From positions 6,655 through 70,654 of the forward strand of contig JAEXSP010000017.1 in NCBI GenBank assembly GCA_023453795.1: a DNA stretch of 64,000 bases, in the 5' to 3' direction. Source of the DNA: Bacillota bacterium. GTDB taxonomy: Bacteria > Bacillota > Clostridia > Acetivibrionales > JAEXSP01. Positions 1 to 9,571 of the stretch are shown here, piece after piece. Under the pieces are notes generated by a model. The model searched no databases. It was not told where the DNA came from and saw only the letters and a program-made list of their open reading frames with translations. A program made the translations under genes and the position numbers. The stretch's first letter is position 1. Every line of letters starts with the position of its first letter.

Positions 1-977
1 TACTGGGATACTCTCTGGGAATGCCCCTCTGTATATTTATCCTTGGCTTCTACAGCGGCGATCAACGCATCTATGGTATTGAAAAAGTACTTTTTTGAGG
101 TTTCATAAAGGAGAGCGTTGTCAATGGCGACTGCGGCGCTGGTTGCTATTGATGAAATCAAATTAATGTCATTCTCTTTTATTTCAGAAGAGAAACCGAT
201 TGAAAGAACGCCGATGTCTTTGTTTTTAACTTTTATGGGCATAAATAAAAATTCCTGTATCGGCATGACTTGTTCATTAAGATCACTATCACTAAGCAAA
301 TGCCTTATTTCTGAAGCTGTGCATATATGATGGCCTCCTATTGACTTCATAAGGAAGGCCTGGCATAAAACCTCGTCCTCAAATTGATTTATATTACCGG
401 ATGCTTCAAAGTATGAACCAGAATATGCAGTGGTATGCAAATTGGACGAGCCTGTGCCGATCAAGCTGAGAATGCAGGCAGGACATCCGAGAATACCTGT
501 TATTTCATTGACAATCAGTTTTGAGAGTTCGTCAATATCGAGTGTTGAGGTTATGGATTTACTTATGGAGTTAAGTATCCCCAGTTCTATTGACTGGTTT
601 TTCAGCTTTTTATTGCTATTTTCAAGATCACTCATGATTTCATTGAAGGCGCAGGCAATTTCACCTATTTCATTTCTGTTGCTTAAATTAAACCTGTGTG
701 TGCCGGAGCTTTTCTTATGTTTTTGGATCCCCTCTTTAAGGATGGTGAGCGGCTCGATAACGCTTTTTTTCAATAGAACAAAACATAAAAGAATAAGAAT
801 AGACAGCAATATGACTGCAACAGCTTCCATTACTATGTAGTACAATAATTTTGAGTCCACAGTTGTGACCATAATGAGATAAACATTACAAAAAATCAAT
901 GATAGTAATGCCGAGGAAACGCATACAAACAAAAATATAAGACTCTTCTTTATAGATATGTTTTTATCTTTTTCCAT
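1..977 (-). CDS. Signalling protein with TM segments, HAMP, a GAF-like region and the start of an HD-GYP domain. This is the 5' part of the gene; the 3' end runs off the window.
   Basis: Absent from the ORF track because the window edge truncates it. Reverse-strand ATG at 977 (MEKDKNISIKKSLIFLFVCVSS...) stays open to position 1. The translation shows hydrophobic segments and a HAMP-like stretch IEPLTILKEGIQ...EIGEIACAFNEIMSDLE. It ends in AVEAKDKYTEGHSQRVSQ, an HD-GYP-type HD motif. Track ORFs 118..330 and 430..840 (+) are antisense to it. Confidence 0.75.
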   Translation of the reverse strand, partial: MEKDKNISIKKSLIFLFVCVSSALLSLIFCNVYLIMVTTVDSKLLYYIVMEAVAVILLSILILLCFVLLKKSVIEPLTILKEGIQKHKKSSGTHRFNLSNRNEIGEIACAFNEIMSDLENSNKKLKNQSIELGILNSISKSITSTLDIDELSKLIVNEITGILGCPACILSLIGTGSSNLHTTAYSGSYFEASGNINQFEDEVLCQAFLMKSIGGHHICTASEIRHLLSDSDLNEQVMPIQEFLFMPIKVKNKDIGVLSIGFSSEIKENDINLISSIATSAAVAIDNALLYETSKKYFFNTIDALIAAVEAKDKYTEGHSQRVSQ

Positions 978-1113
978 GTACAATCCTTAACTTAATTCTA
1001 CATATTTCTACATATTTCATCGACTATAGGATATCATAAATTATACTATATTGGAATAGGTTCAAAGTTTTATAAATGAAAAAAGGCCTATACAGACCTT
1101 TTTAAATATTTGA

Positions 1114-1385
1114 TTGGCCGTGCACCTATTTCCGACTTGCTCATACAAGCGTAACCAACGCAGTTAACTCTAACCAGGCAACCCCACGGCACACGAAAGT
1201 GCCCGCTTACCGCTGCTTTCTTCCGAACCTGACGGAGTTCACAGGGTTCCGTTGCGTAAGACCCAGTTTTCATTGCCACTTGCGAAGGGCAGACCATACA
1301 CGATAAAGCCTCGAATAGGAGTTCAACCCTGCTATAGCGGATTGCAGGCAGAGGGTGCCGCTAACTCCCCATCTAGCACGACCAA
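1114..1385 (-). ncRNA. ffs: Signal recognition particle RNA, large Bacillus/Clostridium type (about 272 nt)
   Basis: The reverse complement contains the conserved domain IV core CCGTCAGGTTCGGAAGAAAGCAGCGG (compare GUCAGGUCCGGAAGGAAGCAGC). Its 5' segment GGTCGTGCTAGATGGGGAGTTAGCGGCACCCTCTGCCTGCAATCCGCTATAGCAGGG parallels B. subtilis scRNA. The 5' TTGGTCGTGC pairs with the 3' GCACGGCCAA to close the terminal helix. Confidence 0.88.
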
Positions 1386-1482
1386 ACTTGACAAAATTAA
1401 AGTGACTTAAAATATTATACTTTAAAAGCGTATATAATATCAAGTCATTTTCCGTATATATAAGATGTATTTTTTGGAATAC

Positions 1483-1638
1483 CTAGTGAACCCGGCCTTT
1501 AAAACGGTCTTCTTCATTAATTTCAGTCTTGGCTGTATTGCTTTCAATAAAATTAGTATAGAACCCGGCGTATTTGTCCAGGACTTTTCTATCCCTGTCT
1601 TTAAGCTCGGTTGCCGGCAGCTTTTTTTCTTTTCTCAT
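1483..1638 (-). CDS. Small hypothetical protein of 51 aa, not in the ORF track
   Basis: ATG at 1638 is preceded by GGGGATGAGGA. Translation is MRKEKKLPATELKDRDRKVLDKYAGFYTNFIESNTAKTEINEEDRFKGRVH, ending at TAG 1485..1483. I recognise no family. Confidence 0.3.
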   Translation of the reverse strand: MRKEKKLPATELKDRDRKVLDKYAGFYTNFIESNTAKTEINEEDRFKGRVH

Positions 1639-1796
1639 TAATCCTCATCCCCATTTGTTTTTATTAATATTTATAGGATGTGAATATATCATTGAAATAT
1701 TCAGCGGCAATAATAATTCTATCATGAAAAAGCTTATGTATAGGCAATTTCATATAAGTTAAAAATACTCAAAAGGAGTATTTTTATTGGTGAAGC

Positions 1797-2369
1797 ATGA
1801 AGAAGATAAAATTGATTTTAACCGTAGTATTAACAGCAGTTATTGTTATTGATATACAATATCTTTGCGGCTCGCTTGAAAATGGCATCAAGCAGCATAG
1901 CCATAAAAAAGGTGTTTCTTATGCAAAGCATAATCAAGTTAAAGAAGAAGTAATTCCAAAGAGTACCGGAGAAACTCCCGATATTCAGGAACCAAGCTAC
2001 GCTGACAGTGCGGTGACTGATGAGGATAAATCGCAGGAGGCAGTTGTTATAGCTAGTCCTTCCACAAGTGAAAATAATGTAGAAGACATAGTTTACATTA
2101 CAACTAAGGAGCTGCTTGCAGCCAGAAAACTGAGCATATCCGACAAGATTAAGGGATACTTGATAATCCGAAAGTTTAATAAATCCGAGAGAAAACTGAT
2201 TTATACGCTGTCAAGGGGCGGTTTTACTTACTTGGAAATAGTCAGACTTAAAAAGGTGATCTCAAAAACTCTTTCGAAGAAGGATATTGCTGATCTTTTT
2301 TTGCTGCTTGAAAAAAGCAAGAGATGTTATGCGGAAGAAAGTAAAAGCTCAGAGACGCTGGGCCCCTGA
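1797..2369 (+). CDS. Hypothetical membrane-anchored protein (190 aa)
   Basis: Track ORF with an N-terminal hydrophobic helix (KLILTVVLTAVIVIDI). The RBS is weak and I recognise no motifs. Confidence 0.5.
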   Translation: MKKIKLILTVVLTAVIVIDIQYLCGSLENGIKQHSHKKGVSYAKHNQVKEEVIPKSTGETPDIQEPSYADSAVTDEDKSQEAVVIASPSTSENNVEDIVYITTKELLAARKLSISDKIKGYLIIRKFNKSERKLIYTLSRGGFTYLEIVRLKKVISKTLSKKDIADLFLLLEKSKRCYAEESKSSETLGP

Positions 2370-2392
2370 GCTGCTAAATTCTGATATCAGGA

Positions 2393-5299
2393 TCATGGAC
2401 TTATCGGTCTGAATTGGTAGGTAACGTTGTTCCCAATAACAGTTACAATTGCATATTTAACAATGTCCGTATTTTCTGGCTTTAAGCCTGATACATTAAA
2501 CCCTGCGGAAGATATGTATTTGATGCCTTTCTCCATATAACTGGTGTTCGTGCTGCCGTTATAGAAAACCCACACATTCTTTTTGGTGCTCAGCTTGTAC
2601 TGGGTTAGATAATCCTGAAAAAGTTCTGCTTCATGACTATCTTTGAAATTCTGCGGAGAGTTGGCCAGCAATATAAATACATTGCTGCTGCGGGCGGAAT
2701 TCAACTGTTTTAGGAACCAGTGCCACTGGGCCGGATCAGTCTTCCTGAGGCTGCCTTTGCTCATGTCAAGCTGAATAAACCTGCTGTTTTGATAGTCAGT
2801 TGACTTATAGCCGCTTCCTGTCGCCAACTTCGGTTTCTTGATGTTATTGAAGAAAGCATGCTTGCTACTTCCGACAACAGCGGAGAAGTCGAGCAATGAG
2901 TTTATCTTGGAGGTAAACTTTGTTAACAGGAGTTTTTCCAGCGCATTCCTGGGTTCGGAGGCTTGCCCGAAAACCGCAAACCTAAAGGAAGCAGAAGTCT
3001 TTGTAAAAGGTACATACTTATTTGCATCGTCAACGGGCTCTGTATCTTTCGGTATTGAGGCTTGGTTCACTGCAGGGTATCCTCCTCCGGAGGTGACTGT
3101 AGATAAACTGTCAAGGTATATTGACCCGGCGTCCCCTACGGGGGTTAATTGAGTCAGGTAAAGCTTTGCGACCCTTGCAGGTGATTTAACGTCTTTCAGA
3201 GATGCCTCAAGGTATTTCCATCCTGACCAGTTCATTCCCTTAGTAAAATAAACATAATTTAATTTTCCCGAGGTGTCATATACCTGTGCACCCAAACAAT
3301 TTGAATTCTCATGGTCATTATATACCCACATGCCCAGCTTAGTGGTATTGGAGCTTAAGGGTAGACCTTGATTCTGATACTCTATGTATGCGGCACGGCT
3401 GACAGTGCTTTCTGGGAAATTATAGGTCAGCTTTCCCGAAAAGCTTCCGGCATGAGCCTGCTCATTAGAAATCTGATATGAGGCTGTCACGATGTCCGGA
3501 TAAGGGAAAATTGTAGCATTGGCTGCTTCAAAGGTGTCTATTATTGAACCGCTATCCTTTACAGATGTTTTGCAATATGCGCGAGTATTTCCTATTTGCG
3601 CAGCTATATAGCCGGAGCCATATCTTTCCGCTTTAAAGATACCTCCGTTAAAGGAGCCGAAGTCACTGCTAACCGTCCACTTTACATCAGAGGGGCTTAT
3701 TGTTGCATAATAACCACTGCTGTTCTTTCCTGTGACATATATGGTTTTTGTTTTGCCTGCAGCAATATTTAACGAGCTGTCGCTTAGTTTAAGCTGCACA
3801 GGGGCGCTGAGAGAATATACTGCGGTTTCCTGCGAAATATTCCCTACGGTTGCTTTGATCTTTCCGGTGCCGACTGAGGTCGGACGAAATACGTTGCCCT
3901 CAAAGGTGCCGGTTATACCCGATACACTCCACTTAACAGCTGCGGGGTCAACCTCAACGGGATTGAAAAATGTGTCATAACCCTTTACTTTATAAGTCCT
4001 TGAAGTGTTTACAAAAACATTGCCCTCATTATTTTCGAATATCAGCCCTTTTAATTCTGATTTTGGGGCAATAGAAAATACTCCAACTGCTGTTGATATT
4101 TTTCTTTGCGAACCATCAGAGGGATCGTTTATTAGATCAACGGAGGTAGAGCCTGCCTGCCTGGCGACCATCGTAGTTGAACCGCCGCCATCAAGATTCA
4201 GAGCATTATATGCACCGATTTCCTTCATGAACTGAGCCAGTTCAGTCTGTGTCATTCCGATGCTCATACTGGATTTTCCGTCGACGGTAACCAGGAAAAG
4301 ATGCTTCCCATCCTTGCTGCTGCCTATTGCTGTACGCGGATCCTTACCAGAGCTTGCGATATGCGAGAACTTAGCGGGAATGACACCGTCCTTAAGAAGG
4401 ACTGCGCCGCCGGACAAAGCAAGCTTTTTGTCAGACCAGTCGGGGTTCGAAGAGAATGTTACGCTAACGTCATCCCCAACCTTGAAATTATCTAAAAGGA
4501 ATTTGCTCCCTTCGGTTCTTGTAACGACGATGTAGCCGTTTTCCGGCATAGCAGTCTCTGGCATTTTCTGACGGATTTCAACGACCTTGCCGTTGGAAAC
4601 CAGCATTTCAACAGTATCATAAGAACCGCTGGTATTGCCTATCGTTGTTTTTCTCATTTTGCTGTCTATTATGGAAAAATCCAAATGCCCATGGTAGGGC
4701 TGGTTGTAGCGTCCTACTTCAACGGAATTGCCGTTGGGTGCGGTCAGTTTTATACTGAGCCTCCAGAAGTCGAGGAAACACTGGTTAAGATTATCTATGG
4801 AAAAGGTACCCCATTCATTTACTGCGGTTTTAACGCCATTTTGAACTTTGGTGTTAACACCTGTATCCTCAGAAACAACCTGTCCTGATTGGATTACGGG
4901 ACCTATAGGTCTTCCTTTGCTTTTGTCCGGTTCCCATATAAAGAAGTTTGCGTTAACTGCAGCTATCGCACCTGAAGATTGTGCAAGGTTTTTGACAGTT
5001 GTCAGGTTGATGTTTGACTCCTGATTTATTAATGTGTCCACAGCAATATTCGGATTGGTAAGGTCAACCCTTACAATATTGATCGTCTGCCAGCCATAGT
5101 CTGTAAAGCGGACCTTGGTCTCAAGCGTTGCACCGGAAGTAAGTATTTGAGTTTTGCTTGTTTCATGTATAATACCGTTCTGTGCAGAAGCTTTGTCGGG
5201 AATAACCGAACTTAGAGTAAAAACTAAAAAAACCGTTAAAATTAGTATTATCGCAGTACTTTTTCTTATGTATTTCATTATATCCTCCTTTTGAGACAT
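2393..5299 (-). CDS. Secreted phosphodiester glycosidase (NAGPA/DUF2233-like) protein with Ig-like domains, 968 aa
   Basis: Signal-peptide-like N-terminus. ALNLDGGGSTTMV is typical of the phosphodiester glycosidase fold. Two Big_2-like segments are visible (VKWSVSGITGTF..., VKWTVSSDFGSF...). The C-terminal third is unassigned. Confidence 0.7.
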   Translation of the reverse strand: MSQKEDIMKYIRKSTAIILILTVFLVFTLSSVIPDKASAQNGIIHETSKTQILTSGATLETKVRFTDYGWQTINIVRVDLTNPNIAVDTLINQESNINLTTVKNLAQSSGAIAAVNANFFIWEPDKSKGRPIGPVIQSGQVVSEDTGVNTKVQNGVKTAVNEWGTFSIDNLNQCFLDFWRLSIKLTAPNGNSVEVGRYNQPYHGHLDFSIIDSKMRKTTIGNTSGSYDTVEMLVSNGKVVEIRQKMPETAMPENGYIVVTRTEGSKFLLDNFKVGDDVSVTFSSNPDWSDKKLALSGGAVLLKDGVIPAKFSHIASSGKDPRTAIGSSKDGKHLFLVTVDGKSSMSIGMTQTELAQFMKEIGAYNALNLDGGGSTTMVARQAGSTSVDLINDPSDGSQRKISTAVGVFSIAPKSELKGLIFENNEGNVFVNTSRTYKVKGYDTFFNPVEVDPAAVKWSVSGITGTFEGNVFRPTSVGTGKIKATVGNISQETAVYSLSAPVQLKLSDSSLNIAAGKTKTIYVTGKNSSGYYATISPSDVKWTVSSDFGSFNGGIFKAERYGSGYIAAQIGNTRAYCKTSVKDSGSIIDTFEAANATIFPYPDIVTASYQISNEQAHAGSFSGKLTYNFPESTVSRAAYIEYQNQGLPLSSNTTKLGMWVYNDHENSNCLGAQVYDTSGKLNYVYFTKGMNWSGWKYLEASLKDVKSPARVAKLYLTQLTPVGDAGSIYLDSLSTVTSGGGYPAVNQASIPKDTEPVDDANKYVPFTKTSASFRFAVFGQASEPRNALEKLLLTKFTSKINSLLDFSAVVGSSKHAFFNNIKKPKLATGSGYKSTDYQNSRFIQLDMSKGSLRKTDPAQWHWFLKQLNSARSSNVFILLANSPQNFKDSHEAELFQDYLTQYKLSTKKNVWVFYNGSTNTSYMEKGIKYISSAGFNVSGLKPENTDIVKYAIVTVIGNNVTYQFRPISP

Positions 5300-5399
5300 T
5301 CAGAACCCTGTTGTAACTGTGAAGTGCGGCTTAATAAAAGAACATTGGAAGCTAAGACCTATCACCTTAAGTATGCCTTTTTTATGTTTTCTTGCCGGT

Positions 5400-6149
5400 T
5401 TACCACATATCAATGCCTGAACGGACAATGGCTCCGAAAATGTTATTCTTAAGCTCCCTGTTATCCAGGCTCATTTCCCGGAGCTTTTCCTTTATATACT
5501 GGCGTTTTGTCTTACCATTGGCATGGCAAGGGTTTGGTACTGTCTGAAGGTTGTTCTCCTTCACGAATGACTTTATGTCTTTTTCGTATACATATGACAG
5601 TGGCCTTATGAGATGCATCTGTTTTCTTTCGAGAAATGTGACCGGGGAGAATGTATGTAATCGTCCTTCATAAAAAGTGCTGAGTAATAAAGTTTCAATA
5701 ACGTCATCTTTATTATGTGCCAAAGCTACTTTATTGCAGTTAAGCCTCTTCGCTGCATTATGAAGTGCGCCGCGCCTTAGGTTGGCACACATTGAACACG
5801 GGTTTTTTTCCTTACGTTCCTCAAATACTATTCTGCCTATCAATGTCTCTTCAATTGTATATTTAATGCCAATGTCATCGCATAGCGCCTGGACAGGACT
5901 GAGATCGATCTTGCCGATGCCTAAAGTCAAGGTGACAGCTTCGAGTTCGAATTTCGCAGGATAGAAGTTCTGAAGTTTGCGCAAGGCCACAAGCAGTGTA
6001 AGACTGTCCTTTCCGCCTGATACCCCGACTGCTATCCTGTCGCCGTCATGAATCATTTCATAATCCTGGACGGCCTTTCTGACTTGCCCAAGTATCCTTT
6101 TGCTGATTATTTGGCAACACCTCACAATAAAACGGTTTACATAACGCAA
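5400..6149 (-). CDS. ttcA: tRNA 2-thiocytidine biosynthesis protein TtcA (PP-loop ATPase)
   Basis: PP-loop motif SGGKDS, plus the Cys motifs CSMCANLRRG and PNPCHANG. TTG start at 6149 with an AAGGAAAGG RBS upstream. Confidence 0.85.
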   Translation of the reverse strand: MRYVNRFIVRCCQIISKRILGQVRKAVQDYEMIHDGDRIAVGVSGGKDSLTLLVALRKLQNFYPAKFELEAVTLTLGIGKIDLSPVQALCDDIGIKYTIEETLIGRIVFEERKEKNPCSMCANLRRGALHNAAKRLNCNKVALAHNKDDVIETLLLSTFYEGRLHTFSPVTFLERKQMHLIRPLSYVYEKDIKSFVKENNLQTVPNPCHANGKTKRQYIKEKLREMSLDNRELKNNIFGAIVRSGIDMW

Positions 6150-6352
6150 AATTACGCCTTTCCTTAATTATAGACTATATAAATAGACGTATCAAGTTTG
6201 GTTGTGTTTCATTTCTGTTACAATTTAACAGAAAAATTGTGAAATGGTAAGAGGTACATTTGATTTGAAGAGCATTATTATGCAATAATGTTTGTAATGG
6301 AGTAAAGTAAAGAAATATAGATATAAACATAATATTTTTACGAAATAAACTA

Positions 6353-6381
6353 TTGCTTTAAAGTAGCTTATGTAGTAAAAT
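6353..6381 (+). promoter_or_regulatory. Candidate sigma-A promoter for tRNA-Pro
   Basis: TTGCTT (6353..6358), a 17-nt spacer, then TAAAAT (6376..6381), about 28 nt upstream of the tRNA. Confidence 0.35.
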
Positions 6382-6408
6382 ATCATTCGTCTCTTAAAAA
6401 AATAATAA

Positions 6409-6484
6409 CGGGGTGTAGCGCAACTGGCAGCGCGCTTGGTTTGGGACCAAGATGCTGGAGGTTCAAGTCCTCTCACTCCGACCA
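6409..6484 (+). tRNA. tRNA-Pro (anticodon UGG)
   Basis: CGGGGTG/CACTCCG acceptor stem and anticodon stem-loop CTTGG-TTTGGGA-CCAAG (anticodon TGG). T-arm GGTTCAAGTCC and an encoded CCA are present. Confidence 0.95.
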
Positions 6485-6485
6485 C

Positions 6486-6530
6486 AAAAAAGCAAAGATT
6501 GCAATTAGGATCTTTGCTTTTTTATTTTTT
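6486..6530 (+). terminator. Rho-independent terminator after tRNA-Pro
   Basis: 10-bp stem AAGCAAAGAT/ATCTTTGCTT (6490..6499 / 6510..6519) followed by a T-run. Confidence 0.8.
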
Positions 6531-6664
6531 TGATACAAAAATCTTATGGTATTTGTTTGCACTCACAAATTCTTGATATTACTCCGACATTGTCATATAA
6601 TCAATTAGATGAGCATCAAATGGTTGGCTTCTTATTGAGTAGTCTATTATTAAGGGAGAACATT

Positions 6665-7690
6665 ATGTCAGATAAAATATTTAGTGAACTTGACCCTGTA
6701 CTTGAAACTATGGGGCTGCTTTTCGTCAGCCATAATCTGGAGGCAGTAAAACAGGAGACAAAGAAGACTCTTTCAGACCTGGGATTTGACGGGGAGCAGT
6801 TTTATTCACAGCATTTAAAAACGTTTGATAAATATGTTCAGGTTTTTCTGAAAAATAAAGCAGAAAACAAAGAGGATGAATTATTTTTTGGAGAAAAGGA
6901 TTCGAACTACTTCCTGATACTACTGTTGCTGATTATAGAAAACAAAAGCTGGCTCATATCGTCGGAGGGCCTGGCGGATAATTATATTAATTCTCAAATC
7001 ATACATATATGTAGGACTGTATTTGATGACACCAATACAGAGACTCCCGATACTTTAGAGGACATTATTCAGTGTCTGGAAAGCAGCGGGCTTGAAAGTA
7101 ACGCTAAATGGAAAATGCTTAGAATTATGCAGCAGCCCGTGAAATATATAACACAGCTTATTAATATAATAAACTCCAATATGGAGGCTTATCATAAAGC
7201 CGCAGATGACGTTCGCAAACCGCTTGAAAAGCTTCTGAATCAGTACAATATATCGGTAAATAACCATGGCGACAAGGATTTTTATGAATTAATGGCTAAA
7301 TTTTCGCAGTCTTCAGCTGTTTATCCTACACTTGCATTCCCTGTTTTACAAATTCTGTCTGAAAAAAGCTGTTATTATGGATTGCTTAGCAATAAGGTAA
7401 AAAACAAGAAGACACGTATGGATTCTAATAAATCGCTGCTGATTAAGCTAAAGGCTTTGAGCGACAGCAGTAAGCTGGAAATCATCTCTTCGCTCAAGGT
7501 CAGCCCGAAGTATAATCTGGAAATTGCACAGCAGTTAGGCTTGACAGCGGCAACGATGTCCCATCATATGAATTTTCTTTTGAATTGCGGCTTTGTACGA
7601 ATTGAGAAAAAGGATGGAAAGGTATATTACCATTTGGAGAAGGAGAACCTGAAAGACCTGATCAAAGAGCTTGAAGAGACTCTGTTATAG
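6665..7690 (+). CDS. ArsR/SmtB-family transcriptional regulator with a long N-terminal domain of unknown function
   Basis: The C-terminal winged HTH reads LSDSSKLEIISSLKVSPKYNLEIAQQLGLTAATMSHHMNFLLNCGFVRIEKKDGKVYYHL. I prefer the ATG at 6665 (RBS AAGGGAGA) over the track start at 6530. Confidence 0.75.
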   Translation: MSDKIFSELDPVLETMGLLFVSHNLEAVKQETKKTLSDLGFDGEQFYSQHLKTFDKYVQVFLKNKAENKEDELFFGEKDSNYFLILLLLIIENKSWLISSEGLADNYINSQIIHICRTVFDDTNTETPDTLEDIIQCLESSGLESNAKWKMLRIMQQPVKYITQLINIINSNMEAYHKAADDVRKPLEKLLNQYNISVNNHGDKDFYELMAKFSQSSAVYPTLAFPVLQILSEKSCYYGLLSNKVKNKKTRMDSNKSLLIKLKALSDSSKLEIISSLKVSPKYNLEIAQQLGLTAATMSHHMNFLLNCGFVRIEKKDGKVYYHLEKENLKDLIKELEETLL

Positions 7691-7719
7691 CTTTTAATAA
7701 AGATATTGGATTAAGTATA

Positions 7720-7747
7720 TTCCCGTCAAGAAGACGGGAAGTTTTTT
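7720..7747 (+). terminator. Rho-independent terminator after the ArsR-like gene
   Basis: Stem TTCCCGTC/GACGGGAA with loop AAGAA, then GTTTTTT. Confidence 0.8.
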
Positions 7748-7777
7748 ACAATAAAGTTAGATGGTGCTCTAATGGGT

Positions 7778-7806
7778 TTGACAAAATTAAAACACGGTGA
7801 TATTAT
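7778..7806 (+). promoter_or_regulatory. Candidate sigma-A promoter of the ABC exporter gene
   Basis: TTGACA (7778..7783), a 17-nt spacer ending in TGa (extended -10), then TATTAT (7801..7806). Confidence 0.5.
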
Positions 7807-7853
7807 GAATATATTACAAGTTAGATGAATGTCAAATATGTGGAGGCCAGATT

Positions 7854-9548
7854 ATGAAGGATTGTCTCAAACGAAACAAGCTAATGCTCATTGTTACGGT
7901 GCTGCTGAATATGATCAGCTCAGTAGCAGCCGTATTTCTCGCAAAACTTCTTCAAAAGGTTATTGATACTGCTTTAAGCGGCAACATGTCTTCCTTCCGG
8001 CAAATACTGATGATTTCTGTAATATATATCATCGTACTGGGTGTCTTCAGTTACTTGTATTCCTTATGCAGCAAAAGGCTAATCCGGAATCTGACAAAAA
8101 TGCTGCGGCAAAGAGCTTTTGACGGGATAATAAAAAGAAATGTTCAGGATTTTACAGGCGTCAACACGGCAGACTATATTTCTGCCTTTACCAACGACAT
8201 AAAGCTGATTGAAGAAAACTACATCAATCCTTCTCTGATGACGCTGCAATATGCTGTAATGTTCATCGTAACCCTCATTATGCTATTTATGATCAGCCCA
8301 TTGATTGCATTGTGCCTGATTGGATGTATGATTGTAATGCTTTTGCTTCCGGGGCTTATGGGGAAATCCCTGCAGACAAGGCAGGACGCACTTTCAAAGC
8401 AATTGTCCGTGTTCACTTCAAGGCTGAAGGATTTCTTTTCAGGCTACGAGGTCATCAAGTCCTTTCAGATAGGCAGCCATATCAAAAGGGAATTTGTGAA
8501 TGAAAACGATAAGACAGCCAACACCAAATATCAGGCTGATAAGCTGTTTGCGCTAAATGAAGGCATTTCCGGGATACTGGCATATCTTACTCAGTTTTCC
8601 GGTCTGTTTATCGGAGCGTATTTGATCATCAAAGGCAGTATAACCGCGGGTACACTGGTTGCGCTCATTCAGCTCTCAGGCACATTTGTTAGCCCCGTTA
8701 TGATGATCCTGCAGAATGTTCCGAAGATCAAAAGTATCGAACCGATCATTCATCGGATAGACGAGCTGGCAAACTATACAGACTTATCGTTTACAGGAAC
8801 AAAGGAGCCTTCATTTCAGGATAGCATTGCTATTCGAAATTTGTCTTTTTCCTATAAGGCTGGCCGGCCGATCCTTATGAACATAAGCTTGACGCTGAAT
8901 AAAGGCAAAAAATATGCAATTGTGGGGAAGAGCGGATGCGGTAAAACGACACTGGTAAAGTTGTTAACAGGCAATTATTCCTCTTATGACGGAAACATTA
9001 CATACGACGATAAAAGCTTGCGTGATCTGGATATAGAAAAGGTACAGGGTATGGCTTCTGTAATCCATCAGAACATCTATATGTTTGACGACAGTATCAG
9101 GCAGAATATTTGCTTATACGATACTTTTACTGATAAGGATTTAAACGGCGTGTTAATAGCAAGTGGAGTGGAACAGTTTATTGAGCGCATGCCGGACGGA
9201 CTTTCATCCAAGGTTGGAGAAAACGGTTCCAATCTTTCAGGAGGCCAGCGTCAGCGTGTCGCGGTGGCAAGGGCTTTGATCCGGCATAAGCCGATTCTTA
9301 TACTGGATGAAGGAACCTCTTCCGTAGATATGCAGACTGCTTATGATATTGAGAGCAAACTTCTTGCAATCAATGATCTGACACTGATTACAATCACCCA
9401 CAATCTGAGAGCGGATTTACTGGAACAGTACGATCAGATTATCTATATGGAGGATGGAATTGTTGCTGAGATGGGTAACTTGACTGAGTTGTTATCAAAA
9501 CAAGCCGGATTTTATAATTTCGTAAACATAAAAAATGATAACTTATAA
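7854..9548 (+). CDS. ABC exporter, fused permease and ATPase (half-transporter)
   Basis: The N-terminal half has about six TM helices. Walker A is GKSGCGKTT, the signature is LSGGQRQR and Walker B is ILILDEGTS. GGAGG RBS upstream. Confidence 0.9.
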   Translation: MKDCLKRNKLMLIVTVLLNMISSVAAVFLAKLLQKVIDTALSGNMSSFRQILMISVIYIIVLGVFSYLYSLCSKRLIRNLTKMLRQRAFDGIIKRNVQDFTGVNTADYISAFTNDIKLIEENYINPSLMTLQYAVMFIVTLIMLFMISPLIALCLIGCMIVMLLLPGLMGKSLQTRQDALSKQLSVFTSRLKDFFSGYEVIKSFQIGSHIKREFVNENDKTANTKYQADKLFALNEGISGILAYLTQFSGLFIGAYLIIKGSITAGTLVALIQLSGTFVSPVMMILQNVPKIKSIEPIIHRIDELANYTDLSFTGTKEPSFQDSIAIRNLSFSYKAGRPILMNISLTLNKGKKYAIVGKSGCGKTTLVKLLTGNYSSYDGNITYDDKSLRDLDIEKVQGMASVIHQNIYMFDDSIRQNICLYDTFTDKDLNGVLIASGVEQFIERMPDGLSSKVGENGSNLSGGQRQRVAVARALIRHKPILILDEGTSSVDMQTAYDIESKLLAINDLTLITITHNLRADLLEQYDQIIYMEDGIVAEMGNLTELLSKQAGFYNFVNIKNDNL

Positions 9549-9571
9549 TTACTGGTCCTTGGCTTTGTAAT

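Noticed and set aside
118-840. Track ORFs 118..330 and 430..840 on the + strand
   Set aside because: They are antisense to a long uninterrupted reverse-strand frame with HAMP and HD-GYP motifs that starts at 977. Their translations are low-complexity with no motifs.
1088-1297. Track ORF (69 aa, minus strand)
   Set aside because: It lies entirely within the SRP RNA (1114..1385), whose conserved domain IV sequence is unmistakable. It is not a protein gene.
6225-6485. Track ORF (86 aa, minus strand)
   Set aside because: Its 5' end is the antisense strand of tRNA-Pro, and the rest is AT-rich intergenic sequence with no RBS.
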